This document shows positions 38,901 through 52,200 of a stretch of DNA of 64,000 nucleotides, in pieces. The translations under genes and the position numbers were made by a program. The notes beneath the pieces were generated by a model. The model saw nothing but the letters and a program-made list of their open reading frames with translations. It was not told where the DNA came from and made no database searches. Position 1 is the first letter of the stretch. Every line of letters starts with the position of its first letter. Source of the DNA: Leptogorgia sarmentosa (Eukaryota); the NCBI GenBank assembly GCA_964658305.1, contig OZ210884.1:1488001-1552000 (forward strand), given 5' to 3'.

Positions 38901-40522
38901 TCTGTGTTGTAAACTATTTTGTAAAAATATTACATTATAATATATATACATTATAATAAAAATATTTTTGATAACCAGGAACGTGGAACCAGATTTATTT
39001 TTTGACTATTTGATCAATGTCAAAGTGCTTAAAGGGAGGGGTTACGAATTAATCTCGAGCGTATATCCGTTGCATGTGATGTGCTTCAAATATATTAATA
39101 TCACTCGGAGTGACTGCCAACCTCTCGCGATCTTCGGGAATAACAGTATAGCCAAAATTATGTCGAATTGTTTCATGTTAACTGTTGTATTTCTTTTTCA
39201 ATTCTATACCTTCAAGTCTCACATTTGCAATTCCTATCTTTCAGTGGTTCTTTGATGAAGTCAAACGATTGTTTTAGTAGACTTAATAGAGACGTCTGCA
39301 TTTAAATTTCTTTATTAGCTATACAAGTGAAATGCATGAATTATTATTGGCAAGGTCAGCTAGAGGTTTATATTAACGTAACAGCTCATATGGCAGAGGG
39401 AGGGGATTACGAATTAATCTCGAGCGTATATCCGTTGCATGTGATGTGCTTGAATTATATTCACATCGCTAGCATGCGTCCCTATAGCTTACATGATCCG
39501 TTCTACACACTGTGCGTTTGTTTTCATTATTTATTTGATCACACGAGATTCCGAAAGTGTAAATGGTGAGTTAATCTCGAGCGTATATCCATTGCTTTTT
39601 GCTCAGATAGGTTAACATCACTAATAACCGTAGCGAAGCTGTGGTTATAGGGAAAAGGGTGGGGGGGGGGGGGGGGGGGTAGTGATGTTATTACCAGAAA
39701 ATAGAACTCCACAAAAAATTACCTGAAGAAAATTCCTGCAGGCATTGCCCCCTTTGTCTATAAATTACATGTAGTGCAATTGGTATTCTCTACTTGAGCG
39801 GGGGCGCAGTACGAGTTGGTTCCTTTGGAGGCCACGGGGAGTCACCATGGTTGGCGCGCCCTGACATCATTCGAAACATAGACAAAGAAATTGCCTGAAA
39901 ACGCAGACTTGCACTGCACGACATCCGCGATACGCTTTATTTCGAACCCTGTAACTTCACTCTAAATGCACTTCAAGACTCCGTAGACAAGAAAAGCAAT
40001 ATCTAGTCCACTATCGACTTTTCAAACTTCTCCTGTGATAAACAAGACCAAAAATTTCTGGGCGTCGAATGTTCTGATAAATAGATCATTTACAACAACA
40101 ATTGCTTTTGAAAACCGTGTCTGTTTCTAGCTTTTCCATATTCCAAAGAAAATTTAAAAGTCAATAGGGGATTAGATATTGCTGTCCTTGTTTAAAACAT
40201 GTAACCACAATGTTACAGGGTTCGAAAGTAAAGCGCATCAGGCCGTATCGCGGATGTGGCGTCAGCAGCATTAGTGCTTTTGCGTGCGTTTCCAGTCGAT
40301 TCCTTTGATTCATATTCCTACGAGCCTGGAGGGAAGGGGGCAACTTCCCCCGCAGAAAGGAAGCCCGAAAATTCGTGCAAACTTTCTATAACGTCAACAA
40401 TCCTTCATTTCTTCACCTGAGCGAGCATAACAAGAAAGTGTAGTTAGTACTATAGCTGAAATAGCTGTTTTCGGCAATCTAGAGGTTCTAAATTAATGTT
40501 CAAAATATTCACGCTCGGCGCC

Positions 40523-40831
40523 GCTAATTTCGATTCCGATTCCGCTAATTTCCTCCGCAATGGTCGGTCACTTCATTATATTACATGAACAGCAGTAGCA
40601 TTAGATTATCCCCATCCAATAGTTCTTCCTTATTTTTGTCGACCTTTATTTTCAAGCTTTAATTTTGCCAAAGATTTTTCCACCATTTATTTTCAAAATA
40701 CGCATATTATTTTGTCAATGTTTGAAGTTAGGGTTAGGATTAGGATTAGGGTTTGGGTTAGTGTTAAGCACTGTTGAGGCGCTGAACACGAGTAAGTGAG
40801 GTGTCCGACCGTCGACGGAATCGAAATTTGC
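40523..40831. mobile_element. Mutator-like MITE with internal TTAGGG-like tract (copy 2 of 3)
   Basis: TIR GCTAATTTCGATTCCG / CGGAATCGAAATTTGC. Imperfect 9-bp flanks CTCGGCGCC and CTCGGCCAC. Empty site CTCGGCGCCCACCATGG at ~30071, ~34295 and ~50776. Confidence 0.7.
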
Positions 40832-42755
40832 CTCGGCCACAACCATGGCGGCGCCTCTTGAGACCTGGCAAAGATCTTTCTGTCCCACACCCCCTGAATT
40901 CGAAAAAATGTAGCGCGTACGTCTGTATGCTTTGATTGTCTATGCTTGTGTCTAACATCCTCTCGAGTTATTCTGGAATAACAGTATAGCCCTAAATGAA
41001 GTACTAACTAGGGCGTATTTGTCGTTCGGCGCACCAAAAATTTTTTTGTGATCAAAATTTTGTATTTCTTGACAGAAACGTCCAAAGGTCTCAAAGGCGT
41101 TTGATGAGCTTGACTCTCATAAGGACTTTTAGATAATTCAGTTTGCTATCGCAATAACAATCACAGTATTCAATAGTCTCATTCGTAAATGATAATGATA
41201 TACTGTCTTGTTCACAGTGGCAAACCAAGAATCAGGTGCGGAAATCCGTTGTTTGTTATGAGCTTAAAATAAACTATCATTCTGGCATTCTCAAAGGCTG
41301 CACTTATGGTGACCGCATTGTTCAATCATGTATACAAGTTCAGTCTTGCGTTTCTTCATTCACCCATGCTTCGGAAATTGATCATTTATCCTGGAGGACT
41401 TTATTTTGTTCATGCCAAAATAAGGAAAGGCGAGGAGTTCTCACAGGTAAGTTGAAAATAGACGATTTTTTCTATAATACAGGATTTCACATACTACAAA
41501 ATGTTCTATATGTGTAATATGGTTCTTCTAATATATACACGTACGTCCGTATTAGCGTATATACCACTCAACTTTGCTGTCGATATCGTTATAGTTTAGC
41601 AATTCTCAAGGAGGTGGATCCGCGCATATTCCAATATCTTGGAGTTAAGGAAGATTTCAGTTTTCGATTTCCACCTTTCCTTATTTCATGTTTTATATGT
41701 GCATGCCTTACAAGCCCGTGTTTCAAATATTCAGGTTTTATAAATCCCTGATTTATATACGTTCATCATTTTACAAGTCCATTGCATGTCATATAAATCC
41801 ATGTTTCACAAGTTCGTGTTTTAAAAGTCCAGGTTTTTTAAGTCTTCCTGCTGTTTATAGTCTGCAACGTGGATCGAGAGGCAATATTCGTGCATCTAAT
41901 CATAATAATTATTATATGCCTTTTCACAGACTATCAAAAACAGTCGATACCAAACGAACTTAACATAACAGAAAACAAATATTGTGAAATTTTGAATTTC
42001 GGTAAGAAAATGTAGAATACAAATGCTTCAATAGTCAGTATATATACAGGGTGGGTCAGAACGAACATACTTATCTGATTTATATATTGTGTTGGTGCAT
42101 TTACTGACCATCAAATCAGTTTCATTTATCACGAACGCCTATGTTTATGTAAATAAGCATAACTGAAGAAAAACACTGCAATCAATAGGTCTGTTTCGGA
42201 ATACTTAGGTAGTACTAAATAGTTCTGATAAAACATGCAGCCAATATCAGTAATCACCATTTAATTTAGAGGCTTCATGCAGGAAGGATGGCGCCAAAAC
42301 GCCAAAGATTTCGAAATTTGCATATATCTGCATTAGGCCGGGAAAAGCGTGCCAACTTTCTGCCAATACGTATCAAGTTCATAATAAGAAGAAATACCGT
42401 AGTTGTATAGTTTCACTATCTACAGGAATTGTTAGAGTTTGTTTTCACTAAAGCCCAATATACCTATAACTATTCACCTAATAATTATTTAGGTGATGCG
42501 ATGAATGACTCCCAGTATATTGATCGAAATATTTTCATAGGAAAATGTCCAGGATGTTGGCACATCAAATCATCAGAATCAGCAGTCTGCATTGAAAAAT
42601 CAATTAATAAAATTTAAGTTGTATTGAATATTGCATCAATATAACCATGTGCCTCGCCCTTGATCATGAAACTAAAGCGCATTACACCGTTTGCTTGGGG
42701 TATTTTTCTGGAAAAAACTTGTTTTTATAGTTTTATAGGACTGCAGTAAAGCAAA

Positions 42756-44235
42756 ATGTTGACGCTCATGAATATTATACTCTTGGCAGGATTTGCCTTT
42801 CAGAAATGTGCTGGTAAAAAATAACACTGCATTCATTTGCTCTCATGATTTATTAAATGCAAATGCAATAAACTTGTGGACAACGTTTATTTTCTTTTAT
42901 TTTGTGACACTGAAGGGTATGCATGTACCATTTATGTTTTGCTTAGTCGAAGCAGGAGTTAAACCAAGCAACGCATTTTGTCTGTACATCCTAGAGTTGT
43001 GTCACTCTACCTTTCGAGCGGTAATAAAATTAACAAAACGAAACATGAATAGGGTGGAACATTTTGTCTCGCTCCCCTACGTACTGCAACATTGAAAGTC
43101 TCTTTTATATTCTGTAGTCCTGGAATAACTTGAAAAATTCCATTATTAACCATTTTGCAGCTGATGCAACGTGCCAAAATGCAAATTGGTCGGCAAGTTT
43201 TGACCTACCTGGTTGGTCAGACTGTCCTTGTGCATTTCCGTACATGAAAGGTCTGAAAAGAAGCAAATCCACGCAGAATTACTTTGATTTCATACATCAC
43301 TTGGAAGGAGCCAGATGTTGCAACAATGGAAGTTCACCTGTCCAATGCGTGCAAGCTGATTGGACAAGAAGTTTTGACAGGTGATTGGCCTATCCTAGCT
43401 GATATAAATATGGTCGGGGGTTTTTTTTATTGCAGGGAAATTGAAAGTCGACTTTTGCCGTTCTCCAGGAATTAATGTTAAATTATTAAACGGAAAAGAA
43501 CAAGCAATAAGATATTGTTAAACGGAAACATCCCAATGCTCCTACAATAGCTAACTCGTGAAATACCCATCATTGTTTACTGATATGTACCTTATGAAAA
43601 CTAGGATGTTAAAATTTCAGTTTACATCAAAATTTAAGTTGAAATTTTAACTTTCTAACAATTATTTATGATTTTGTTAATCAAATGTTTATGATTTCCG
43701 GTGGGATCACATCAACCCAATAATTTCGTGAATATTTTCGCGACGATGTGATGTCATCTAAAGTCTAATTGATTGATTGTCCTCAACATGGGAACATAAT
43801 TATAAGGAATATTTTATCCATTTAGGTATAGAAACTTCACGTAATCGGTACACACATGGCAACCACGATAGTTTAGGAAAATATCGAACGGCTTTATACA
43901 AAATACAAAACAATGAAATTTTGAAACTTATCCGTTCTGTATGATTTTTTAGGAGAAACAACAGGAATTTGTGTCCAACAGGTTACTATCTTTCTGGCCT
44001 CGACCGTTCAACGGGTAACTACCTTCACAACATTGAGCATGCGTGGTGTTGCAAACCTCGTGGAGCTCCCAACTCATACAAATCCTGTTACAACGAGAAC
44101 GTGTGGTCGAGTTTTGACTGGACTCAAAATGGAACGGTGACGTGTACTAAACCTGGTCATTATATCACTGGGCTTTATCGATCCTCCTGCGACTATCTGT
44201 ATTGTATTGAAGAGTTGAAATGCTGTGAAATGTAG
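42756..44235 (+). CDS. Secreted three-repeat cysteine-rich protein, copy F (186 aa, mosaic)
   Basis: Exons 42756-42813, 43161-43380 and 43953-44235; GT-AG introns; 561-nt open frame; AATAAA at 44354-44359. Confidence 0.92.
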
Positions 44236-44734
44236 ACAGCTGCAGCATATAAATCTAACGTATACGATTTTGAACTTTCCTATACTATTTTTCTATGCTA
44301 TGATTTTTTTCTTTCTGTAAACTTGTGTGTCCATTGCTGTCTGACCAGTATGAAATAAAGTAGACTGTCTATCAAAGAGATTGTGCATTTGTTAGTTTGA
44401 TATTGTCAGTTTTATTAAATCTGCATGGGGAACTAAAGGGACACAAATTATTGAATTATTGACATCACTTTCATGCGTCGCTAAAGCTTGCGTGACCCGT
44501 TCTAGAAACTTTGCTTTTGGAAAAGCATTATTCCACCATAGTTGATAAAATATTATCTTTCTTAGACAATAATAGCATGTGAATAATACGATGGAAATCG
44601 ATATCCTCTTATTCCTCTAATACTTCCTATATGAAATATTCCAATTCCAAAGCATAAGTATTTCAGATCGAATATGTATTACACAACCAAAGAGCTATTT
44701 ATCGCGCGCGCGCGCAAAACAAGTGAAATAAATT

Positions 44735-45205
44735 TTGCACATTAAAGAGTGCACACAACGTACTGTCTAGTGGATTACCCTCTTGATCTATTGTGTTGTG
44801 TTTTTCAATGTCAATTGAAAACTTTACAATTTTGTTATCAATTGCTAAAATGTTTGCTTGATACCTTCATCCCATTTTATACGATGGTCATGAGTCCAAG
44901 CATGTTTAGCAACAGCTGATTTATTTAGCTTAGCTTTCTGGCAATTTATCTTGTGCTCTTTAACACGTTTAGGGAGATTTATGCAAGTTTCACATACGTG
45001 TGTGAAGCAAAGAAAGTTCACAAGTAATACAGTATACACTAGGTTTCCGCGATGCATCTACGCGTTATCCTTGTGTGTGCAAAGAGATCAAAACAATTTG
45101 TGTTGACTGATTTTGTGTGAAGCTGGTCCAATATATGGAAGACAGACTGAAGACTGATATTCAGTCTTCTGTTGAGCTCGTCGTGGCATATTCATGGCTT
45201 TGTCT
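44735..45205 (-). mobile_element. Penelope-like fragment
   Basis: Near-identical to 22575-23100. Confidence 0.75.
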
Positions 45206-46718
45206 GGTGTAAACTACCATGTAAATAATAAAAATATTTTTGATGACCTCGACCGTCGACCGAGATTTAATGTTTTTACTATGTCATCATGACGATCAAA
45301 GGGCTTAAAGAGAGGGATTGCGAATTAATCTCAAGCGTATATCCGTTGCATGTGATGTGCCTGAAATATATTAACATCACTCAGAGTGACTGCCGGCCTC
45401 TCGAGATCTTCGGGAATAACAGTATAGCCCAAAATTATGGCGAATTGTTTCATGTTAACTGTTGTATTTTTTTTTCATTTCTATATCTTCCAACTGTCAC
45501 ATTTGCAATTCCAATCTTTTATTTGTTCTTTTTATGAATTCAATCGATTGATTAATAGTCTTAATAGAGAGGTTTATATTAACGTAACAGCTCATATGGC
45601 AGAGGGAGGGGATTACGAATTAATCTCGAGCGTATATCCGTTGCATGTGATGTGCTTGAATTATATTCACATCGCTAGCATGCCTTCCTATAGCTTACAT
45701 GATCCGTTCTACACACTGTGCGTTTGTTTTCATTATTTATTTGATCACACGAGATTCCGAAAGTGTAAATGGTGAGTTAATCTCGAGCGTATATCCATTG
45801 CTTTTTGCTCAGATATGTTAACATCACTAAAAATCGTAGCGAAGCTGTGGTTATAGGGAAAAGGGTGGGGGTAGTGATGTTATTACCAGAAAATAGAACT
45901 CCATAAAAAATTACCTGAAGAAAATTCCTGCAGGCATTGCCCCCTTTGTCAATAAATTACATGTAGTGCAATAGGTATTCTCTAATTGAGCGGGGGCGCA
46001 GTACGAGTTGGTTCCTTTGGAGGCCACGTGGAGTCACCATGGTTGGCGCGCCCTGACATCATTCGAAGCATAGACAAAGAAAATGCCGGAAAACGCAGAC
46101 TTACACTGCACGACATCCGCGATACGCTTTATTTCGAACCCTGTAACTTTCCTCTAAATGCATTTCAAGACTCCGTAGACAAGAAAAGCAATATCTAGTC
46201 CACTATCGACTTTTCAAACTTCTCCTGTGATAAACAAGACCAAAAATTGCTGGGCGTCGAATGTTCTGATAAATAGATCATTTACAACAACAATTGCTTT
46301 TGAAAACCGTGTCTGTTTCTAGCTTTTCCATATCCCAAAGAAAATTTAAAAGTCAATATGGAATTAGATATTGCTGTCCTTGTTTAAAATATGTAACTAC
46401 AATGTTACAGGGTTCGCCGGAAAGTAAAGCGCATCAGGCCGTATCACGGATGTGGCGTCAGCAGCGTTAGTGCTTTTGCGTGCGTTTCCAGTCCATTCCT
46501 TTGATTCATATTCCTACGAGCCTGGAGGGAAGGGGGCAACTTCCCCCGCAGAAAGGAAGCCCGAAAATTCGTGCAAATTTTCTAAAACGTCAACAATCCT
46601 TCATTTCTTCACCTGAGCGAGCATAACAAGAAAGTGTAGCTAGTACTATAGCTGAAATAGCTGTTTTCGGCAATCTAGAGGTTCTAAATTAATGTTCAAA
46701 ATTTTCACGCTCGGCGCC

Positions 46719-47034
46719 GCTAATTTCGATTCCGATTCCGCCAATTTCCTCCGCAATGGTCGGTCACTTCATTATATTACATGAACAGCAGTAGCATTAG
46801 ATTATCCCCATCCAATAGTTCTTCCTTATTTTTGTCGACCTTTATTTTCAAGCTTTAATTTTGCCAAAGATTTTTCAACCATTTATTTTCAAAATACGCA
46901 TATTATTCTGTCAATGTATAAAGTTAGGGTTAGGATTAGAGATTAGGATTAGGGTTTGGGTTAGTGTTAAGCACTGTTGAGGCGCTGAATACGAGTAAGT
47001 GAGGTGTCCAACCGTCGACGGAATCGAAATTTGC
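46719..47034. mobile_element. MITE carrying TTAGGG-like repeats (copy 3 of 3)
   Basis: Same insertion and site as 40523-40831. Confidence 0.7.
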
Positions 47035-48689
47035 CTCGGCCACAACCATGGTGGCGCCTCTTGAGACCTGGCAAAGATCTTTCTGCCCCACACCCCCTGA
47101 ATTCGAAAAAATGTAGCGCGTACGTCTATATATGCTTTGATTGTCTATGCTTGTGTCTAACATCCTCTCGAGTTCTTCTGGAATAACAGTATAGCCCTAA
47201 ATGAAGTACTAACTAGGGCGTATTTGCCGTTGGGCGCACCAAAAAAATTTTTTCTGATCAAAATTTTGTATTTCTTGACAGAAACGTCCAAAGGGCTCAA
47301 AGGTATTTGATGAGCTTTGATCTCATAAGGACTTTTAGATAATTCAGTTTGCTATCGCAATAACAATCACAGTATTCAATAGTCTCATTCGTAAATGATA
47401 ATGATATACTGTCTTCTTGACAGTGGCAAACCAAGAATCAGGTGCGGAAATCCGTTGTTTGTTATGAGCTTAAAATAAACTATCACTCTGGCATTTTCAA
47501 GTGCTGCACTTAAGGTGACCGCATTGTTCAATCAAGTCAATCAGGTACAAGTTCAGTCTTGCGTTTCTTCATTCACCCATGCTTCGGAAATTGATCATTT
47601 ATCCTGGAGGACTTTATTTTGTTCATTCCAAAATAAGGAAAGGCGAGGAGTTCTCACAGGTAAGTTGAAAATAGACGATTTTTTCTATAATACAGGATTT
47701 CACATACTACAAAATGTTCTATATGTGTAATATGGTGCTTCTAATATATACACGTACGTCCGTATTAGCGTATATACCTCTCAACTTTGCTGTCGATTCG
47801 TTATAGTTTAGCAATGCTCAAGGAGGTGCATCCGCGCAATTTCTAATATCTTCGAAATTCGAATTAAGCAAGATTTCAGCTTTTCGATTTCCATCTTTTG
47901 TTAATTCATGTTTTATATGTCCATGCTTTACAAGTCCGTGTTTCAAATATCCAGATTTTGTAAGTGCCTGTTTTATACGTTCTTACTTTACAAGTCCATT
48001 GCAAGTCATATAAATGCATGATTGACAAGTTCGTGTGTTTTAAAAGTCCAGGGTTTTTAAGTTTTTCTGCTGTTTATAGTCTGCAACGTGGAATGAGAGG
48101 CAATATTCATGCAATCATATCATTATATTCCTTTTCACAGACTATTAAAACAGTCGATACCAAAAGAATAGAAAACAAATATCGGCAAATTTTTGAATTT
48201 CGGTAAGAAAATGTAGAACACAAATGCTTCAATAGTGAGCATGTATACAGTATGGGTCAGAACGAACTTATTTATCTTACTAATCTTTGATTTATATATT
48301 CTGTTAGTGCATTAACTGAACATCAAATAAGTTGCATTACTCATGGACGCCTATGCTTATGTAAAGCATAACTGAACAAAAACACTGCAATCAAGTAGGT
48401 CTGATTTAACATGCAGCCAGTATCAGTAATCTCAATTTAATTTCGAGGTTTCAAAAACATTTAGAGTATGTAGTTTACTCCACGCAATTTTATTATCGAA
48501 AGCTTTCGGTCCGTAAGCCCAGGTATTCTTCAGTGCAAATAATACGTGATTTGTTCTAATTCACACAGTCGCTTTTAAATCACAAGCGTCGCGATCAGTA
48601 TGCCAGTACACGTACGTTAATGGAAGGTCACATGAATACGTCATTGCAAATGTAATGATGCAGCTATTCTAATTATCACCTGCGCGGAA

Positions 48690-49225
48690 GTTAATAAATT
48701 TTGCACATTAAAGAGTTAGGGTTAGGTATGCACGTACTGTCTAGTGGATTACCCTCTTGATCTATTGTGTTGTGCTTTTCAATTTCAAAAGACTCTCTTA
48801 TTTTGCTATCCATTGCTAAAATATTTGCTTCATCCCATTTTATACGATGGTCATGAGTGCAAGCACGTTTACCAACAGCTGATTCATCTACCTTAGCTTT
48901 CTCGCAATTTGTCTTGTGCTCTTTAACACGTTTAGGGAGATTTATGCCAGTTTTACATGTGTAATGAACCAAACAAAATTCACAAGGAATACAGTATTCA
49001 CCAAGTTTTCGCGATGCATCTACGCTGTCCTTGTTTGTGCAAAGAGATCTGAACAATTTGTGTTGGCGGGAATAGAATATTTGAACATCAGTCCTACTTC
49101 TTCCAAAGTCTTCTCGATTTTGTGTGAAGCCGGTCCAATATATGTACGACAAACTGAAGACTGATATTCAGTCTTCTATTGGACTCGTCGTGGCATATTC
49201 ATGGCTTTGTCTATGAATTGCAGAG
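48690..49225 (-). mobile_element. Penelope-like retroelement 3' fragment, best-preserved copy
   Basis: ORF 48691-49152 contains YCIPCEFCLVHYTCKTGINLPKRVKEHKTNCEKAKVDESAV..HDHRIKWDEANILAMDSKIRESFEIEKHN, a degenerate GIY-YIG domain of Penelope-like elements. Confidence 0.85.
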
Positions 49226-52200
49226 AATAAAGAAAGTCATATTCATTAAATTACGTGGTGTAAACTACCATCTAAATAATAAAAATATTTTTGATAACCA
49301 CGAACGTCGACCCAGATATATTTTTTGACTATTTGGTCAATGTCAAAGTGCTTAACGGGAGGGGTTACGAATGAATCTCGCGCGTATATCCGTTGCATGT
49401 GATGTGCTTGAAATATATTAACATCACTCGGAGTGACTGCCAACCTCTCGAGATCTTCGGGAATAACAGAATAGCCTAAAATTGTGGCGAATTGTTTCAC
49501 GTTAACCGTTGTATCTTTTTTCATTGCTATAATCTTGCAACTCTCACATTTGCAATTCCTATCTTTTATTATTTTGTTCTTCTTATGAATTCAAATGATT
49601 GATTAATAGTCTTAATAGAGACCGTTTTTATTTAAATTTTCTCTATATTAGTGAGATGCATGAATTATTGGCACGGCAAATAAAGATTTTTTTCTTACAA
49701 GTAGTAACAGCTCATATAGCAGAGGGAAGTGGTTACGAATTGATCTCGAGCGTATATCCGTTGCATGTGATGTGCTTGAAATATATTAACATCACTCGGA
49801 GTGACAGTCAACCTCTCTATTTTCAAGTGAGATGCATGAATTATTGGCAAGGCCAGTTGTTTATATTAACGTAGCAACTGATATGCCAAAGGGAGGGGTT
49901 GCGAATTAATTGATCTCGAGCGTATATTCGTTGCATGTGATGTGCTTGAAATATATTCACATCACTAGGATTCGTCGCTATAGCTTTCGTGACCCGTTGT
50001 ATAAACTTTTCGTTTGTTTATATTTTGCAATTGGATCACATGCCAAGTACACGAGATTCCGAAAGTGTAAGGGGTGAATTAATCTCGAGCGTATATCCGT
50101 TGTTTGTTGCTCAAATATATTGACATCATTCAGGGCCGTAGCGAAGCTGTTGCTATGGATGGAGGGGGGGGGGGGGGGGGGGTTGTGTAGTGAAGTTATT
50201 ACTTGAAACTAGTACTACCAAAACAAGAAAAGCAATATCTAGTCCACTATCGACTTTTCAAACCTCTCCGGGGATAAACAAGACCAAAAATTACCGGCTG
50301 TTGAATGTTCTCATAGATCCTTTACAACATCAATTGCTTTTGAAAACCGTGTCGGTTTCTAGCTTTCCCATATCCAAAAGAAAATTCAAAAGCCAAGAGG
50401 TATTAGATATTGCTGTCCTTGTTTAAAATATCTAAATACAATGATACTGGGTTCGACAGTAAAGCGTATCATGCCGTATCACGGATGTGGCGTCAGCAAC
50501 ATTAGCGCTTTTGCGTGCGTTTCCAGTCCATTGCATTGTTTCATATTCCTACGAGTCGTTGGGGAAGGGGGCAACTTACCCCGCAGAACTTTTTAAGGCC
50601 GAAAATTCGACTAATTTATCTGCATAACCCCCGCAAAAATCTGATGAATAAGGTAATGTCGACGATCCTTGATTTTGTTCACCTGAGCGAACATAGCAAG
50701 AAAGTGTAGTTAGTACTCTCAAATCACCGTTTCCGGCAATCTAGAGGTTCTAAATTAATGTTCAAAATCTTTGCGCTCGGCGCCCACCATGGTGGCACCT
50801 CGTGAGACCCGCTCCTCCCTCATTCAGGCAAAGATCCCCCCTCCCCCGACTGAAAAAATGTAGCCCGTACGCCTATGCTTTGATTGTCCATGCTTGTGAC
50901 TAACATCCTCTCAAGTTTTTCTGGAATAACAGTGTAGCCCAAAACGAAATACTAACTCGGCCGTATTCGTCGTTGGGAGAACAAAAAAAATTTTTTTCTA
51001 ATTAAAATTTTGTGAATCTTGATAGAAACGTTCTTGCGAAATTTTGAAACCTTTCAGAATTTGTAGGGAAAAACAATTGCGTCTCAAAATCGCGTTTAAT
51101 GAGTTTCACCCTCATAGGGACTTTTACATAATTCAGTTTGCTATCGCAATAACAATCACAATATTGAAAGGTCTCATTCGTAAATGATAATGAAGTATTG
51201 TCTTGTTGACAGTGGCAAACAAAAAATCAGAAATCCCGGAAATCCCTTGTTTGTTATGAGCTTAAAAAAATACCATCTTTCTGGCATTCTGAATTGCTTC
51301 ACTAATGGTGACCGCATTGTCCAATCAGGTAGAAGTTCAGTGTTGCGTTTCTTCATTCACCTATGCCTTAAAAATTGATCATTTATCCTGGAAGACTTTA
51401 TATTGTTGCCAGATAGGGAAAGGCGAGGAGTTCTCACAGGTAAGTTGAAAATAGACGATTTTCTCTATAATACATGACTTCACATGCTACAAATTTTTCT
51501 ATGTACGATATGGTGCTTGTATATATTATTATGTACGTCCGTACTAACGTATTGCTCTCAACATTGCTCTCGATATCGTTATTGTTTAGCAATGCTCAAG
51601 GAAGTACATCCGCGCATTTTCCAATACCTTCGAGTTAAGCAATATTTCAACTTTTCCAAATCTGCAAGAATTTACGTGCGTAGCAAGTTATTGTACAGAG
51701 GATTGTTTAGCTACAAAGAGTAGAGTGTCTTAACTTGCCTATATAATTATAAGCGAGTTAAATTATATCAATTATATATAATTATGTACACTGCTTAAAG
51801 CGAAACTACTGTATCTGATAATAAAAAAAACACCATTGGAATAAGCATGTTCCTCCGCTGAGCACGCGAGGCGACGTTTTAGTAGCCTTTGTTCATGCGT
51901 ATCATTTTCTCGAAATATTCAACATGGTGGAAAATTTTGTTCGCGAAAATTTGTGCCCACACCTTAAAGTCCAGTTAAATATTGAGAGATTAAAAACTCG
52001 ATGCTTTTAGTTCATGTATTACAAGTCCATGTTTTAAGAGTGTTATTGTATGTGCATGTTTTACAAGTCCTTTTTTTGTAATTCCATGATTTATATGTCC
52101 ATGGTTTACAAGTCCGTCTCTCAAATTCCATTTTTTGAATTTTTGTTATTTCATGTTTTATATGTCCATGCTTTACAGGTACGTGTTTCAAATATCCCAA

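Noticed and set aside
10545..50140. Recurrent ~60-bp motif as a CRISPR array
   Set aside because: Eukaryotic context, intervals of 150-370 nt that are homologous to each other rather than unique spacers, and no cas genes.
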